Below, one piece after another: positions 1 through 13,700 of a DNA stretch of 64,000 bases (the first letter of the stretch is position 1; the number at the start of each line of letters is the position of its first letter). The stretch comes from Antedon mediterranea (taxonomy: Eukaryota; Animalia; Echinodermata), in NCBI RefSeq assembly GCF_964355755.1, contig NC_092670.1, positions 41,094,388 to 41,158,387 of the forward strand. The letters are read 5' to 3'. The notes under the pieces were generated by a model. It did not search any database, was not told where the DNA came from, and worked only from the letters and a program-made list of their open reading frames with translations. The translations under genes and the position numbers were made by a program.

Positions 1-1780
1 GTGGAGTTGATAGGGCCTTACCTTCTTGGTATTGCATGGCATCTTGCAGCATTGCCAACTTATAGCTAATACATGTCTCTACTATCTTAATCCATGGAAT
101 ATGAGCTACAGTCGGCACACAGCCACTTTGATCAAAACTTAATAACTAAGTGGAGTTGATAGGGCCTTACCTTCTTGGTATTGCATGGCATCTTGCAGCA
201 TTGCCAACTTATAGCTAATACATGTCTCTACTATCGTAATCCATGGAATATGAGCTACAGTCGGCACACAGCCACTTTGATCAAAACTTAATAACTAAGT
301 GGAGTTGATAGGGCCTTACCTTCTTGGTATTGCATGGCATCTTGCAGCATTGCCAACTTATAGCTAATACATGTCTCTACTATCTTAATCCATGGAATAT
401 GAGCTACAGTAGGTACACAGCCACTTTGATCAAAACTTAATAACTAAGTGCAGTTGATAGGGCCTTACCTTCTTGGTATTGCATGGCATCTTGCAGCATT
501 GCCAACTTATAGCTAATACATGTCTCTACTATCTTAATCCATGGAATATGAGCTACAGTAGGTACACAGCCACTTTGATCAAAACTTAATAACTAAGTGC
601 AGTTGATAGGGCCTTACCTTCTTGGTATTGCATGGCATCTTGCAGCATTGCCAACTTATAGCTAATACATGTCTCTACTATCTTAATCCATGGAATATGC
701 GCTACAGTAGGTACACAGCCACTTTGATCAAAACTTAATAACTAAGTGCAGTTGATAGGGCCTTACCTTCTTGGTATTGCATGGCATCTTGCAGCATTGC
801 CAACTTACAGCTAATACATGTCTCTACTATCTTAATCCATGGAATATGCGCTACAGTAGGTACACAGCCACTTTGATCAAAACTTAATAACTAAGTGCAG
901 TTGATAGGGCCTTACCTTCTTGGTATTGCATGGCATCTTGCAGCATTGCCAACTTATAGCTAATACATGTCTCTACTATCTTAATCCATGGAATATGAGC
1001 TACAGTAGGTACACAGCCACTTTGATCAAAACTTAATAACTAAGTGCAGTTGATAGGGCCTTACCTTCTTGGTATTGCATGGCATCTTGCAGCATTGCCA
1101 ACTTATAGCTAATACATGTCTCTACTATCTTAATCCATGGAATATGAGCTACAGTCGGCACACAGCCACTTTGATCAAAACTTAATAACTAAGTGGAGTT
1201 GATATGGCCTTACCTTCTTGGTATTGCATGGCATCTTGCAGCATTGCCAACTTATAGCTAATACATGTCTCTACTATCTTAATCCATGGAATATGCGCTA
1301 CAGTAGGTACACAGCCACTTTGATCAAAACTTAATAACTAAGTGCAGTTGATAGGGCCTTACCTTCTTGGTATTGCATGGCATCTTGCAGCATTGCCAAC
1401 TTACAGCTAATACATGTCTCTACTATCTTAATCCATGGAATATGCGCTACAGTAGGTACACAGCCACTTTGATCAAAACTTAATAACTAAGTGCAGTTGA
1501 TAGGGCCTTACCTTCTTGGTATTGCATGGCATCTTGCAGCATTGCCAACTTATAGCTAATACATGTCTCTACTATCTTAATCCATGGAATATGAGCTACA
1601 GTAGGTACACAGCCACTTTGATCAAAACTTAATAACTAAGTGCAGTTGATAGGGCCTTACCTTCTTGGTATTGCATGGCATCTTGCAGCATTGCCAACTT
1701 ATAGCTAATACATGTCTCTACTATCTTAATCCATGGAATATGCGCTACAGTCGGTACACAGCCACTTTGATCAAAACTTA
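1..1780. repeat. 149-bp tandem array (12 copies in window, continues left) built from the 3' part of a GANP exon plus its splice donor
   Basis: Unit restarts at 1, 150, 299 ... 1640. On the minus strand each unit has ...CAAGAAG|GTAAGGCCC. Confidence 0.95.
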
Positions 1781-4700
1781 AGTAGCATGTATTCTCAAAC
1801 TCACGTTGTCTTCTCTCCAAGATCCTCTTTACTCTGTAAAAATATAATTACAATGTTACAATTGTTAGTTACATAGATAGATAGATAGATAAAATTTTAT
1901 TCGTCATAAAATAAATAAAATTACATTATGAAAATTGTCATTGGATTTCAAAGATAGTATTCTTGAATCTTTTATTTATGAAGATGTAACATCTTATTCT
2001 AACCAGCTGACGAGCATGCTTTGAATCACAAGTGATGGTAGTCATTAATAACAAGTTAAACAGATAATTACTGTACCTGTTGATGAGGGGTGCCTTTGTT
2101 CTTGAGTAGTCGGTAGTGATGGTCTTAACATACTGTAAGCATACTGAGCATGCATTATACCAATCATCTGTAAAATAAGCACAGCTACTGTTATACCAGA
2201 AAACACTGTAATCTTTATTGGTATACTGTTTTACTAATGTCATGTTGTTGCATAGTAATGCCTATAATACTTATTAGATTGCATATATCAAGAATTACAT
2301 CAAACATGTGCAGATACCATTGTGGAATGTAGAGAGAACAAAACACTTATTATAAAAGGTACAAATCAAGTAAAAGTATAAGTTATAAAATGACAAATAC
2401 CTAAGAAATCAGGAGGATCAGGTAACTGTAGACTACTAATCCTGGACTTGAGTCTTAACATCTGAGAATCACTATTCCAGTCAAGATGTGCTCCATCTAA
2501 AAAAACAAAAAAAAGGAAGCGCAATTAAGTTCAATTTGCTTTCATGTGTCATTGCCATTTTCCTAATAGAGATATGATTAAAGATGTATTGTCCCTTTGA
2601 CTAATTCCAAAAAAATAAAAAATAACAGATTTCGAAAAAAGGTGGGTCATTTTGAAGTATCATAATAGTTATTAACTATCACCAAAAATTTGTTAAAAAA
2701 AAAATCATTTAACTGAAATACAGACGTTTTTTTGTTAAAAAAATAACATTGACTTCCAGTCAAAGTTTTCAATCAAAACATATCTCATAATGAAACGCGC
2801 TTGTTTCGCTACTCTGTATGCATAATCATAAAACTTCCTCACGATCTGTGTAAAAATACCTTCTCAACCGTGACGAGTTGTAAACAATCCTAATTAGCAT
2901 ACGCATAATGCGTACTCGTGGTTTGAAATCTTTGTTTACTTTCGCTCGCGACGATTTTCCAGACGAAATGTAATCAAATCAATTTACCTGTTAATTACGT
3001 AAACTTGTTGTTTTTGGCTCGAATTTTCGACTTAAAGTGAATAACTTTAATATTACTTTGATATGGCCAATTTAAATTTAGAATATTTTGACCTTCATTT
3101 TTTTGTGTTTCAAGGGACAATACATCTTTAAAGTAGACCACCGACCTCATTAAGCAATATATTAATTTATTATTATTTCAACTTTTACTGTTAATATTAT
3201 GCCTGAAAATGCATGAAATTTTGTCATTTTTTCGTTCCGACTGTTTACCTATTGATTCATGATTCTTAATAGAGAATTCAGCTACAGGCCAGGAGATAGA
3301 TGCAAGATGGGGTGAGGTAGCAACTTGACATAAATGACAGATTACAGAATTGTACAACCCAACAATATCCTCTGGATTCTGAAATAATTAAAAAAAAATA
3401 TTAATGATTACAATGACACTGATAATCATGAGAATTATATGATTATATATTGATAATGAAAACATTGCATCTAAAGACCTTTTGTTCTGTAAAAAAAATG
3501 AAAGTTTGAACTCACTTGATCTGGAAGACCAGCTTGTTTCCTATCTCTGACATCATCATACAGACTAGTGGTAAAGAACAGCATCAAACCGTGGTCGACA
3601 AACGCCCTCAACGGAAGTTGCTTTAAAACTGGTAGTTTTGGTTGATGTAGTGCAAGCCACTCAACACTTTTTGACAACTTTAAAGAAAAAAAACAGTCAT
3701 TAGTATTTAACTTTCATGGTAAAATATAAACAAAACTTGTGTATAAAGAATTAACGCAGTAATAAAATATCTGGTATTGCTATAAATTTTTAAATACATG
3801 ATGATATATTAAGTGTAATGTTAACTAAAATTATTCATTGTTAAAATCTGGACACAGTTGTTTTAGCTCATTGCAGAATGTTTCAGAAAAAAACAATTCA
3901 TTCTTTTCTGCTCTTTAAAATTTGAGTTATGATTCTCACCGTTTCAGTAGTCTTAAGGTCTAGTATATCTCCCAAGAGTGGCTGTATTTTATATACAGAC
4001 AATAATCCTTCTCCTTCCAGCTGTTCTAGGCCTAGATTCTGAGAGCACATATCAACATCAGGACAGGTCCATCCAAGCAGGCAAACAACCAATGGTATAG
4101 CAGGTAACAGAGGCTTAGCTTGCAGAAGGTTTTTCAGTCGTAATTGTGCTAACAACCAGTATTCCTAAAAACAAAATTTCTTATTTATTACTATTTAGAA
4201 AAGAGCAAAGTAATCTTTCTTAGGACTATAAACATAATTGTCCATGCGCACTTTTAAAAACTCTAATAAATAGTAAAGGGGTTTTACAATTGACTCTAGA
4301 ACATTAAAATACATAAATCTATTTGCCAGTGAGTCAATGACAGTAATTGCTAGCTTAGATCTAAAAGCTCATTCTCAAATATATCCATTATTTCTTACCT
4401 GGTCATCTATATTCTCTGGCATCTCCAAGGCTAACATAATCGCGGACATTCCTAGAAACTGATGGCGCTGTTCAACTTCTTCAACTGTAGATTGCGCAAG
4501 ATCACCTTTAACGCACTTCACACATATTGATAAATTCTGTTTGTTGTAACTATGGTGATTGATTGGACTAGTATAGAGACTTATTGTGTTCACCTGAAGA
4601 GAGTGAAAATACAAATAAAGTATTGAAGTCACTACTATACATAATCTGACTACCAGATTATACATATGCATTATCTCTCTAGTATCATACTTTAGGCAAA

Positions 4701-7700
4701 TTCTGTAATACAGTACACTGGTCAAATACTGGACTCTCCCAAAACCAGACTTTTATTGAGTTTTATTAGGTTAGACTTATGTGACACCTGTATTACAGAA
4801 TTTACCTATAATACTGTAGATACACAACCACTCAGAATGTACTTTATATATACCTTGTCATTATCCATAAGGACATTGCTTTTGAAACTTTCACTAATCT
4901 TCCCTTTTGTAAACTTAGACTCTAACCAGTCACATAAGATCTCTGCATCACCAGATATATCCTGTTCATCATCAAAAACCTCTGGAATGGAGACTACAAG
5001 CTTCCAGTAGATATTGGTAGCATTTATGTCCGAGGTAGTAAGTAGTTTGCTTAAGACAGTAGCTAAGTCCAACGGAGACCACGCCTTTTGATGTTGGTGG
5101 TAAGCTAAGTAGTGATGTTGAAGGATGCTATGGGCTATGTTGGTCCTGCTATCAATCACACTGTACAATAAAAATGAATAAAAGAATCTTAAGCTCTGTC
5201 TACACTATCAAACTTTATGTGACAAAAAATGTGATGTGCCCATATATAGACATGATGATGTCATATCACTACTATATTTGGGAACATCACTACTATATTT
5301 GGGCACATCACACTTTTTTTTGTCAAACTAGTTTGATAGTGTAGACAGAGCTTTACACTGTAATCGGCTCAACACAAGGGGAAGTACACTTAGTAGCTGT
5401 AAGATTAAGATAGCTATAATATATACAAAATTATAAAGTTTACCTAACAGGTGTTTCCAATGACATCTTCGCTTTCTTACTAACTAGCATTGCACCGCCC
5501 TCTAGTGTTGGTGATACGGATGAACGAAACGGTAGCAATGCTTCTATCTGTTCCTTCATCGATATACTTGCAGGGGCTGATGGGAACTCGTACATCGCCC
5601 TTTTAAGACGAATTCTTGCAGCGTGCATATTTTTCCATCTGCAGTTAAATTAAAGATATATCTTAGTCATTAGGTTATAAACTTATACTTTAGTACTTGA
5701 AATGGGAGGGGGGGTGGGAAAGGAAGGAGGGCATATGGTGTTAAGACACATTCCAGAAATCCTCATTTGGTCTTAGTGATTGGGCTTATGTTTCTCAACG
5801 TTTTGATCAATATACTTTGAGGACGATCAAAGTATATTGATCAAAACGTCGAGAAACTCAACACTTCTTTCAGAACTAAATATATGGGGTGTACCACAAA
5901 CATTTGATTTCGCCATGCAAACCTTCAAACAATATATAATTGGGCTTAAAAACAAGTGTAGTTGAACAAGCCATACATTTTTTTTTTACATAAGGTTAGT
6001 TATCTTTGGCAATTGATATTTTCTAAATATTGCCTACTTTTTGAAGTATCTTCCAATCCTTATGATCTCCATACAGCGTTGTATTTCACTAAGTCTTTGT
6101 CTTCTCGCTTCAACTTCATCACAGTAAACCTCGTTGGAAATCTCTTCCAGTTCACTTTGTAAAGTTTCTTCAATAAGTTCATTGTTAAGTGTAAAGGTTG
6201 AACGAAGTATGCACTCATATTTAAGATGTTCCTTAACTTCCCTATGAAAAAAAGTTACTTGATAGTAATACTTTTTATAATAATTTGATTTCACCAAAGC
6301 CCTCAGTAAGACTGGCAACATTCTCTTCAGTGGTACAAGAGAATTATAGCCTAATTATTCTCTTGGATGCTACTCTGTTTTGGATGTAGCTGTACATACT
6401 TATGTACAAAACACCCTTTTAACTTAACTTACTATGAAATTGTTTGCTTGACAGTAATATTTATTAATTATATCATGGACAAATGAAGGAGAATAAACCT
6501 TATGGATACATTTTGTTATTTGATATTTATTTATTTATTACCAGTTTTTCACAACTTTACACAGATTTATTTATACAGTATACTTTAACTTTGGTGGATC
6601 GAATTGTTTGATCTTAGGGTAAGATCGTTGCAACATTTCATTTGTCCATTTAAAATTGTTGTTTAAAATTAAAAATAAAAGGTGTATACAATGATTAAAT
6701 TATTTTGAGGACAATTATTGGTCAGCAAATTATAAACAATACAAACTTTTGGATACTTTCAAATTTATTTAGTTCCTGGTTTACAGAATGTGTTAATACT
6801 CACCGCTCTTCAGTTACAGCAATAGATAGCAATTCTTCAGATGTTGTTTTATGAATTAAATGAATACAAATCTCTTCAGCAATTCTGGCTTTCAATTTCT
6901 CAATCCTCAATTTTTCTTTTTCCCTTTCAATTCTAAAATTTACCACAAAAAATGATTTTACATAAAAAAAAACTAAAAGAATACACAGAATTTCTATATT
7001 TATCCAAAAGAAATTAAGTAAATCAAAGATGAATCCAAATTTGGAACTTATCTATAAAAAATGTATGATTAATTGATCGTGCCAATCATTTCTGCAGTGA
7101 GTCTATTGTATTTTAAAATATATATGCATGGCTGAACTTGCTACAGTATTGTATGTTTCATAGTACTGTTGTCTAGTCTATATTGATGTAACCTATAAAA
7201 CTGCAATAAAAACCCCTGTCCCTAGAGCCTTTCATTGCCTCATTCTTCCAATGCTTTATTTGTATCAATACAATTCTATATTTGTATATTGTCACCGAAT
7301 GCAAGAACATTACCTAAAAAGTACCTAAACTGCTAAGTTATAATGTACCATAGAAATACAAGAACATTACCTAAAAAGTACCTAAACTGCTATGTTATAA
7401 TGTACCATAGAAATTATTATATGTGATTATGTCACTAAAGACGTCTGATGAATGACTTGATTTATTTAGAACACAATATAACATAAAGTGGACAATTGAT
7501 AAAAAAATTACCCTTATAAAGACCGGCAAATTAGATGGGAAAAAAATATTATAGATTGTTTTTATTTGGTCTTATCTGTGTTTGTTTTCTTTCAAGATCA
7601 AATCAAAAGTATTTAATACTAGAAAAGTTCCTGCATGGTTATAATAGATATTATGTTGTGTACAATGATGTTGTGACATCATCACAGACGTCTGATGAAT

Positions 7701-10700
7701 GATTCATGTAGATCACAAATATAAACATAAAGTAGATAACATTTACCCATTTGAGACCTAAAATTAGCACATTAGACATTACTGGTAAAACGTTACAGAT
7801 TTATTTTTAGTATTTTACCTCTGTTTTTCTAACTCTTCCAGTCTCTTTTTTTCCAAAGCTATTCGTTCAACTTCTTCCTGATAAGCCATAGTAATAGCGT
7901 CATACAACAGTGGGGTAGTTACCTCCTGTAGAATCTCAGCATGAATGATTGGGGCTTGCTTCTTCATCAGATAAATCATTCTTACTAACCCTGAGCTTAG
8001 CTCTTCACACATCTCATCTATCACCTCTAAAAAGAGATCTTTTGTTGCTTGCTTTATCTTTAAGATGGAGTAAAAATGAAAAATAAAATACACAATATGT
8101 ACTCAAATAAGCTTAGATAGTCTTAGATATCTCATAGTAAATAGATGTTCTGATGTGGCAGCCAAAATATGGGCTTGCAAAACAAGGAAGACCAGCACTC
8201 ACATATATTGATGTACTAGAGATTGATGCTGGTATACAGAGAGATGAACTGGCCGTCACAATGGCAGATAGGAAGTTATGGCTGAACCTACTCATATAAG
8301 TTCGGGTATGTCCCAGACTAAGTAAGTAAATATAATAAATTAGAATATGAAAGAACACCTGTAGTTTTGCATTTTTACCTGTTCAGGTGAATATTCTGGT
8401 TTCTTGGTTGATTCTATTTCTTCTGTACTTGCAGCTTCTTCAACAGCAGACGTTCCTATCGTTACTGTAATAAGAATATATGTCTCATTCAATACTGTGA
8501 TTATAGAGTTTAATTATATTTTTGTCACCTCATTTCTTATATTAATCTCATTTTCATAATAAAGTCTAAATCATTTGGTGATGTTATATTTGTATTTGTA
8601 TCATTTACTTTATTATCATAGTAATAAGACACATTGCAGGGCAGATCTAGCATTATAGATTAGTGGGGGTGGGGCTAAATATTTCATAAATGATCTGTCG
8701 GGTTGCAGAAAAATAGTCATTATTTTTTTTTTAATTTTAGGGGGGAGGGCAGGGCAAGCCTGCATTTACAGAATCATATGATAAATAAGTTTCTTTGTAA
8801 ACTTACTAGAAATCTTCTTTTGTTGTCTAAGAAATCTTCCTTCTGGATCAAAGCTTGTCATTGGTACGTGAGGCTCTAACACAGGAAGCGGTTGGAGATT
8901 GTTTACAACCTAAATTGACAACAATAAATAAAAACAATCTATGTAGCGAATGACCAAACCTGTATTGAACTAAACTTGGTTGATAATGTATGGATGATGG
9001 TGGTAATACACTGAAAAGACAATTAAAGGCCAACTCAGACAGCGTCGCATGACGAGACCTGAGTGTGAAGATTAAACATGTTTAAAGTTCTCTCGATGAC
9101 CCAAAACTACGCCCGGAGCCACCTCAAGACGACTCGTCACGCTGCAACTCAGATAGCACTGATGAGTTAATTCAACTCATCGGACCTCGTCATACAACGC
9201 TGTCTGAGTTGGCTTAAAGTTGGTACTTGTTTGTATTTAGTAGTCAATGTTGATGATGGCAGATGAACGCATAATGCTTACCTGTCCAATGCTATACAAG
9301 TTCTTAGATTCAATTAGTTTCAATGCTCTTGTCGCACTGATGGCATTGCTAGGCCGAACAAAAGAATATTTGCTTTCAAATATAATATCACCATCAGTAA
9401 CCTCAAGACCATGACTGGCACAAAACTCAGATGCCTACAGTGAAACAACAAAATAATAAATTAAAAAAGCATTATACAATTAAATGAAAGAGAATAGTTT
9501 AAATACATATTCAAAATTATTGTTAATTGCAAACCTCATTTTGATCTTCAAAAGAGAGTTGTCGTACAAACTCTTTCAAAGGGTAGGATCCACCACGTGC
9601 AGTACTGTAAGCCTTCACCATTGTCTCTAAAGCTGACCCTCTAACCTGCGTGAAGTAACGATGCAAAGCACAGGCAGGCAAGTATGTGGCTGATCTGTAA
9701 ATATTAAGAAAAAACATAAAATAAAACACTTGACACAAACTGTAGCTTTCTATTATAATAAAAAAAGGAAAAAGGACAGTTTCTGAAATGTTACTTGTTA
9801 CATTAATTGTCTTTTACTAGATGGTTCTCGAATACACAGTAATTTCAGCGTAAAAAAACTGACTATTTCAAATGTACGTACCGCAGGACTATAAATATAT
9901 TGTCGTTTTCAGAAACGAATAAATAGACACGATGATTAATGTAGTCAACTAAAATTAGCACACTGGGAATTAGGTCTACTTCCGAAGGGGAAACTTGTCT
10001 TAAAATGAGTCCAAAAAACTAAAACTGTCCCTGTTATAGTCGATTGAAATAGTAAAGTACATGTAACGATACATCACTACGACGTTTATATTTTGTATAA
10101 TTACTAATTAATACAATAAACAGTAACCACATTCACAGTAAGAAAATTTTGATTCAAAGGGCGACCAAAAATGGTTATTACGTACAGTATTTACAATATT
10201 GTCAAAGTATTTACAATATTGTCAAAGTATTGCAATGCTATATCCCAGTTTTAAATTTATTCTCAAAGGGCCCATAAATTTACCTACTTGTGTTAAACCA
10301 TGGAGAGCTCATAAATTTACCTACAAACTGGGAGTCTGAGAGATTGGAATGTTCCATTCATCGCAGATCAATACATTTGTATAAATGTATATTAAATCTA
10401 TCAAAATAGTATTTTTTAAAGAAAATCGGCCTGTCTTCAACATTATGATGCTGTACTCGAACTGTTTAATCGGTTTTCAGCTATTAAAAACAATTATCGT
10501 AGGAGGAGATAGGAAAATGCGAAGCGTCAATAAATAATTATCGAACTCAATTTAATTAGTAAACAGGGTTACATCAGGTGGTTAAAATCAGTACCGAAAA
10601 TACGAACCAACTTTTGCCCTTAAGTAAATTTATATATAGATTATTGAGAGCATCAGACCATCATTGACGGTTCAGTTGCCTTTGAGTTAGACCAACAATT

Positions 10701-13700
10701 TATGTGTTTAATATATTTTTTCTCATTTGTAGTGGTTGTATAGGTTGGCGTTTTATGCTCTTGCAATATGATTTGAGGAAAGGCATTGGTTCAATTCTGA
10801 TATTGGACCAATACTACTATCGGTCTATCTATAAAGTTTTGTAGTTTAAGTATACATGCTTTAGAGAGACAAGGTAAATTAAGAAATGTTGCTTTCTGTT
10901 GATTTCTGTTTACTGCTTTTCATAATACATACTTACTTGACAAGTTTAAAGAAGCGTACATAGTTGTTGCTATTCAATGCTGTAAACACCTGTACAGCAA
11001 ACTTTACTTGGCTTGATTCTCTTACTTCAAAACGGTATTTTTGCACTTCTCTAAAAAAAAAACAACCAAAAAATCAGAACTTTCCCCTATTTGAAATGTT
11101 TAAAAAAAAAAACTAATATTAAGTATCATTTTTATTTAACCGCATTCATAAAAGGTGACATTAAAAACTTAAGAAATAGGCAAACAAAAGTTATTTCAAA
11201 ATAATCAATGAACAATTAGAATGCTAAACAATAGTTTTATTTTCAAAGAATTAATAAACTTTTTGTATTGTATTCAACCAGTTTAAAATGAAACACAAAT
11301 ATAAATAACTGTCGTTGTACCGCTGCATTTGAATTTGAATGAATATAGTAAAGCAGGGGTTGAATAGGGAAATACCCTGTTAGTGATATATATGTGTACT
11401 TTATACAATCAATCGTGCATTTTTGTTGGTATTATAATGGTAACCATAATAACATGTATTTACATTGTAAATTACACAGTGACTATCTAGTCAGTGATTG
11501 GCTGTTAGTTTGTATTGTATTCATATAAAGCAAAAATAAGTTAAAGCAGTTAAGCATGTTAATATTATTTGGCAGATGACAGAAGAGAGCGTGGCAAATA
11601 GGTAAAAAACTATTATAAGACATCAACAATTTTGATATTTTTAACACTGTTAATGTTGAACTTTAGATACTCTAATTTATATAGATTACAATTGACATTG
11701 CTTTTTATTTGCTTTTTTAAACAGTTTTTAATTATTTTTATGTATATATATAAATCCAAACAATTAATTTGTTCAAGAATTAAATTTAACTAACATTATT
11801 CAATTACACCACCAGTGTATGTAATGATACTAATTTAATACTTACTGATTCGTTTAACCTTTTTCAAATAACTTTAACTGAAAATGCATTAATTAAAGCG
11901 AATTTTATTGAAATTATTAATTACTGTAATAACAAACAAATAACAAATTTATCTTTATTTTTTATACAGATCTTTACAATGAAATACCCTTTCATGACAA
12001 CATCAATTGAGATGCGTGGTGGAAAGCGAAGCCCACTGTTAATGACAGTGAGCTACTTGGCATTTATTATTGGTAGTAGTGAAGTGTTCTGCTATCGAGG
12101 TACACCAGCATGTGGCACACAAGATGGATGTACGTTTGATGCGGAGATTGGGATCTTAAATTGTAAAAGTCTTAAAATGCAGACTATTCCATTAGAATTG
12201 TGTCCTGAGGTAAAATACCTGGACATGCGGTACAACTATCTTGTACGGTTATCAACTCAGATCTACAACTACCACCCAAACTTGGAAATCTTGAATCTAG
12301 GAGCGACTGGCATTACCACAATCACGCCAGATGTCTTCAAGAAATGTGACAGTATCAATTTTGTTTATCTGGATACCAATGAAATTACAACACTGAAAAG
12401 GAGATCATTTGACGGTCTGACGTCTCTTCAATATTTGTACCTCTCCGCAAATAAACTTTCTCACATCAAAGCAATGATCTTTGACCCACTGAATAAAACT
12501 CTGCTGTACCTTGATCTTTCCCATAATGCAATAATGAAGATCGAAGTTGGAAGTTTCCAACCGTTGACCAATCTGAAACGACTTTTTCTTCAGAAAAACC
12601 AGCTGACTCACATCAACTCTGGAATGCTGAGAGGGTTACAATCCCTAACCCATCTTTATCTGTCTAACAACCAAATCAAGTACATTCCACATAACACTTT
12701 CAAGAATCTTCCAAATCTTACCGACTTGAAGCTTGGTCATAACCCAATGGTTTCTATCCACAACGGAGCGTTAGGTCATCTGGCAAAACTCTCATTCCTG
12801 GATCTCATGAGTACACAAATCACAACTCTGCAGAACATCTCTTGCTTGTTTTCAAAATCGTCTCAGCTGGAAACTTTCTATATCTCTGGGACAACCCTGG
12901 TTTGTGATGCAAGTTTTGAGTCGTGGAGAAAATGGTATAAAGGGTCAGCTGTCCATAATTTGAGGACAACAACGTGTGTTTCTTATGATGATCCACCAGT
13001 AACCATGGAATGGTGGTCGCACAATTCATCTTCTTTAACACCACCATCGATCAACAAACTTTTGTTGAGTCAGAGTGATTTGAACATTGGGATAAGAAAC
13101 AATTTATCAGTTATAGTTTTTACTGCCATGATGATTTTATCAATAAGTTTCAATATCTGATATTTAACTAAAAAATTCAGCAATGTAAACTATCACCTTG
13201 AATGATATGTTACTGTATCGATGCTTTTTAAAATTTTTTTTTATTAAAGATCACAATTTTAAAATGTTTTTTTAAAGCTAAACACTGGCTTGTATTGTAA
13301 ATATTGGATTGTTTGATTTTATAAAATAATAAATACCACTGCAATATTTTCTAACTAAGAAATTACTGTTAGTCTGTACTATAATTTACTTAAATAATTT
13401 AGATCAGAAAACCTCAGAATACTTGTTTCATGAAGGTATTCATTTTACAGTATTTAAGATTTATTTATGTAAATTCTGGACTTTTTTTAAATGTATATAA
13501 CATTTTATACAAAATTTGAATAAAAATAATAATAGTAAAACAAAATGTGTTCTTTAATATTATTCATATTATCTATTGTGCGAAATATAACATTTTAATC
13601 AACAGAAGAGAGACTGATATATTAATAAAGTGAGTACTTTTTACCGATTCTAAGTTTAAACATTCGTTTTGCAATAGGGGAGTCCAGGCACACAAGAATG

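Noticed and set aside
7430-7800. Two GACGTCTGATGAATGA copies as hammerheads
   Set aside because: Part of an old local duplication; no GAAA box or helix II.
8113-8358. Extra GANP exon or intronic snoRNA
   Set aside because: Flanking exons are accounted for; no clear C/D or H/ACA boxes or family similarity seen.
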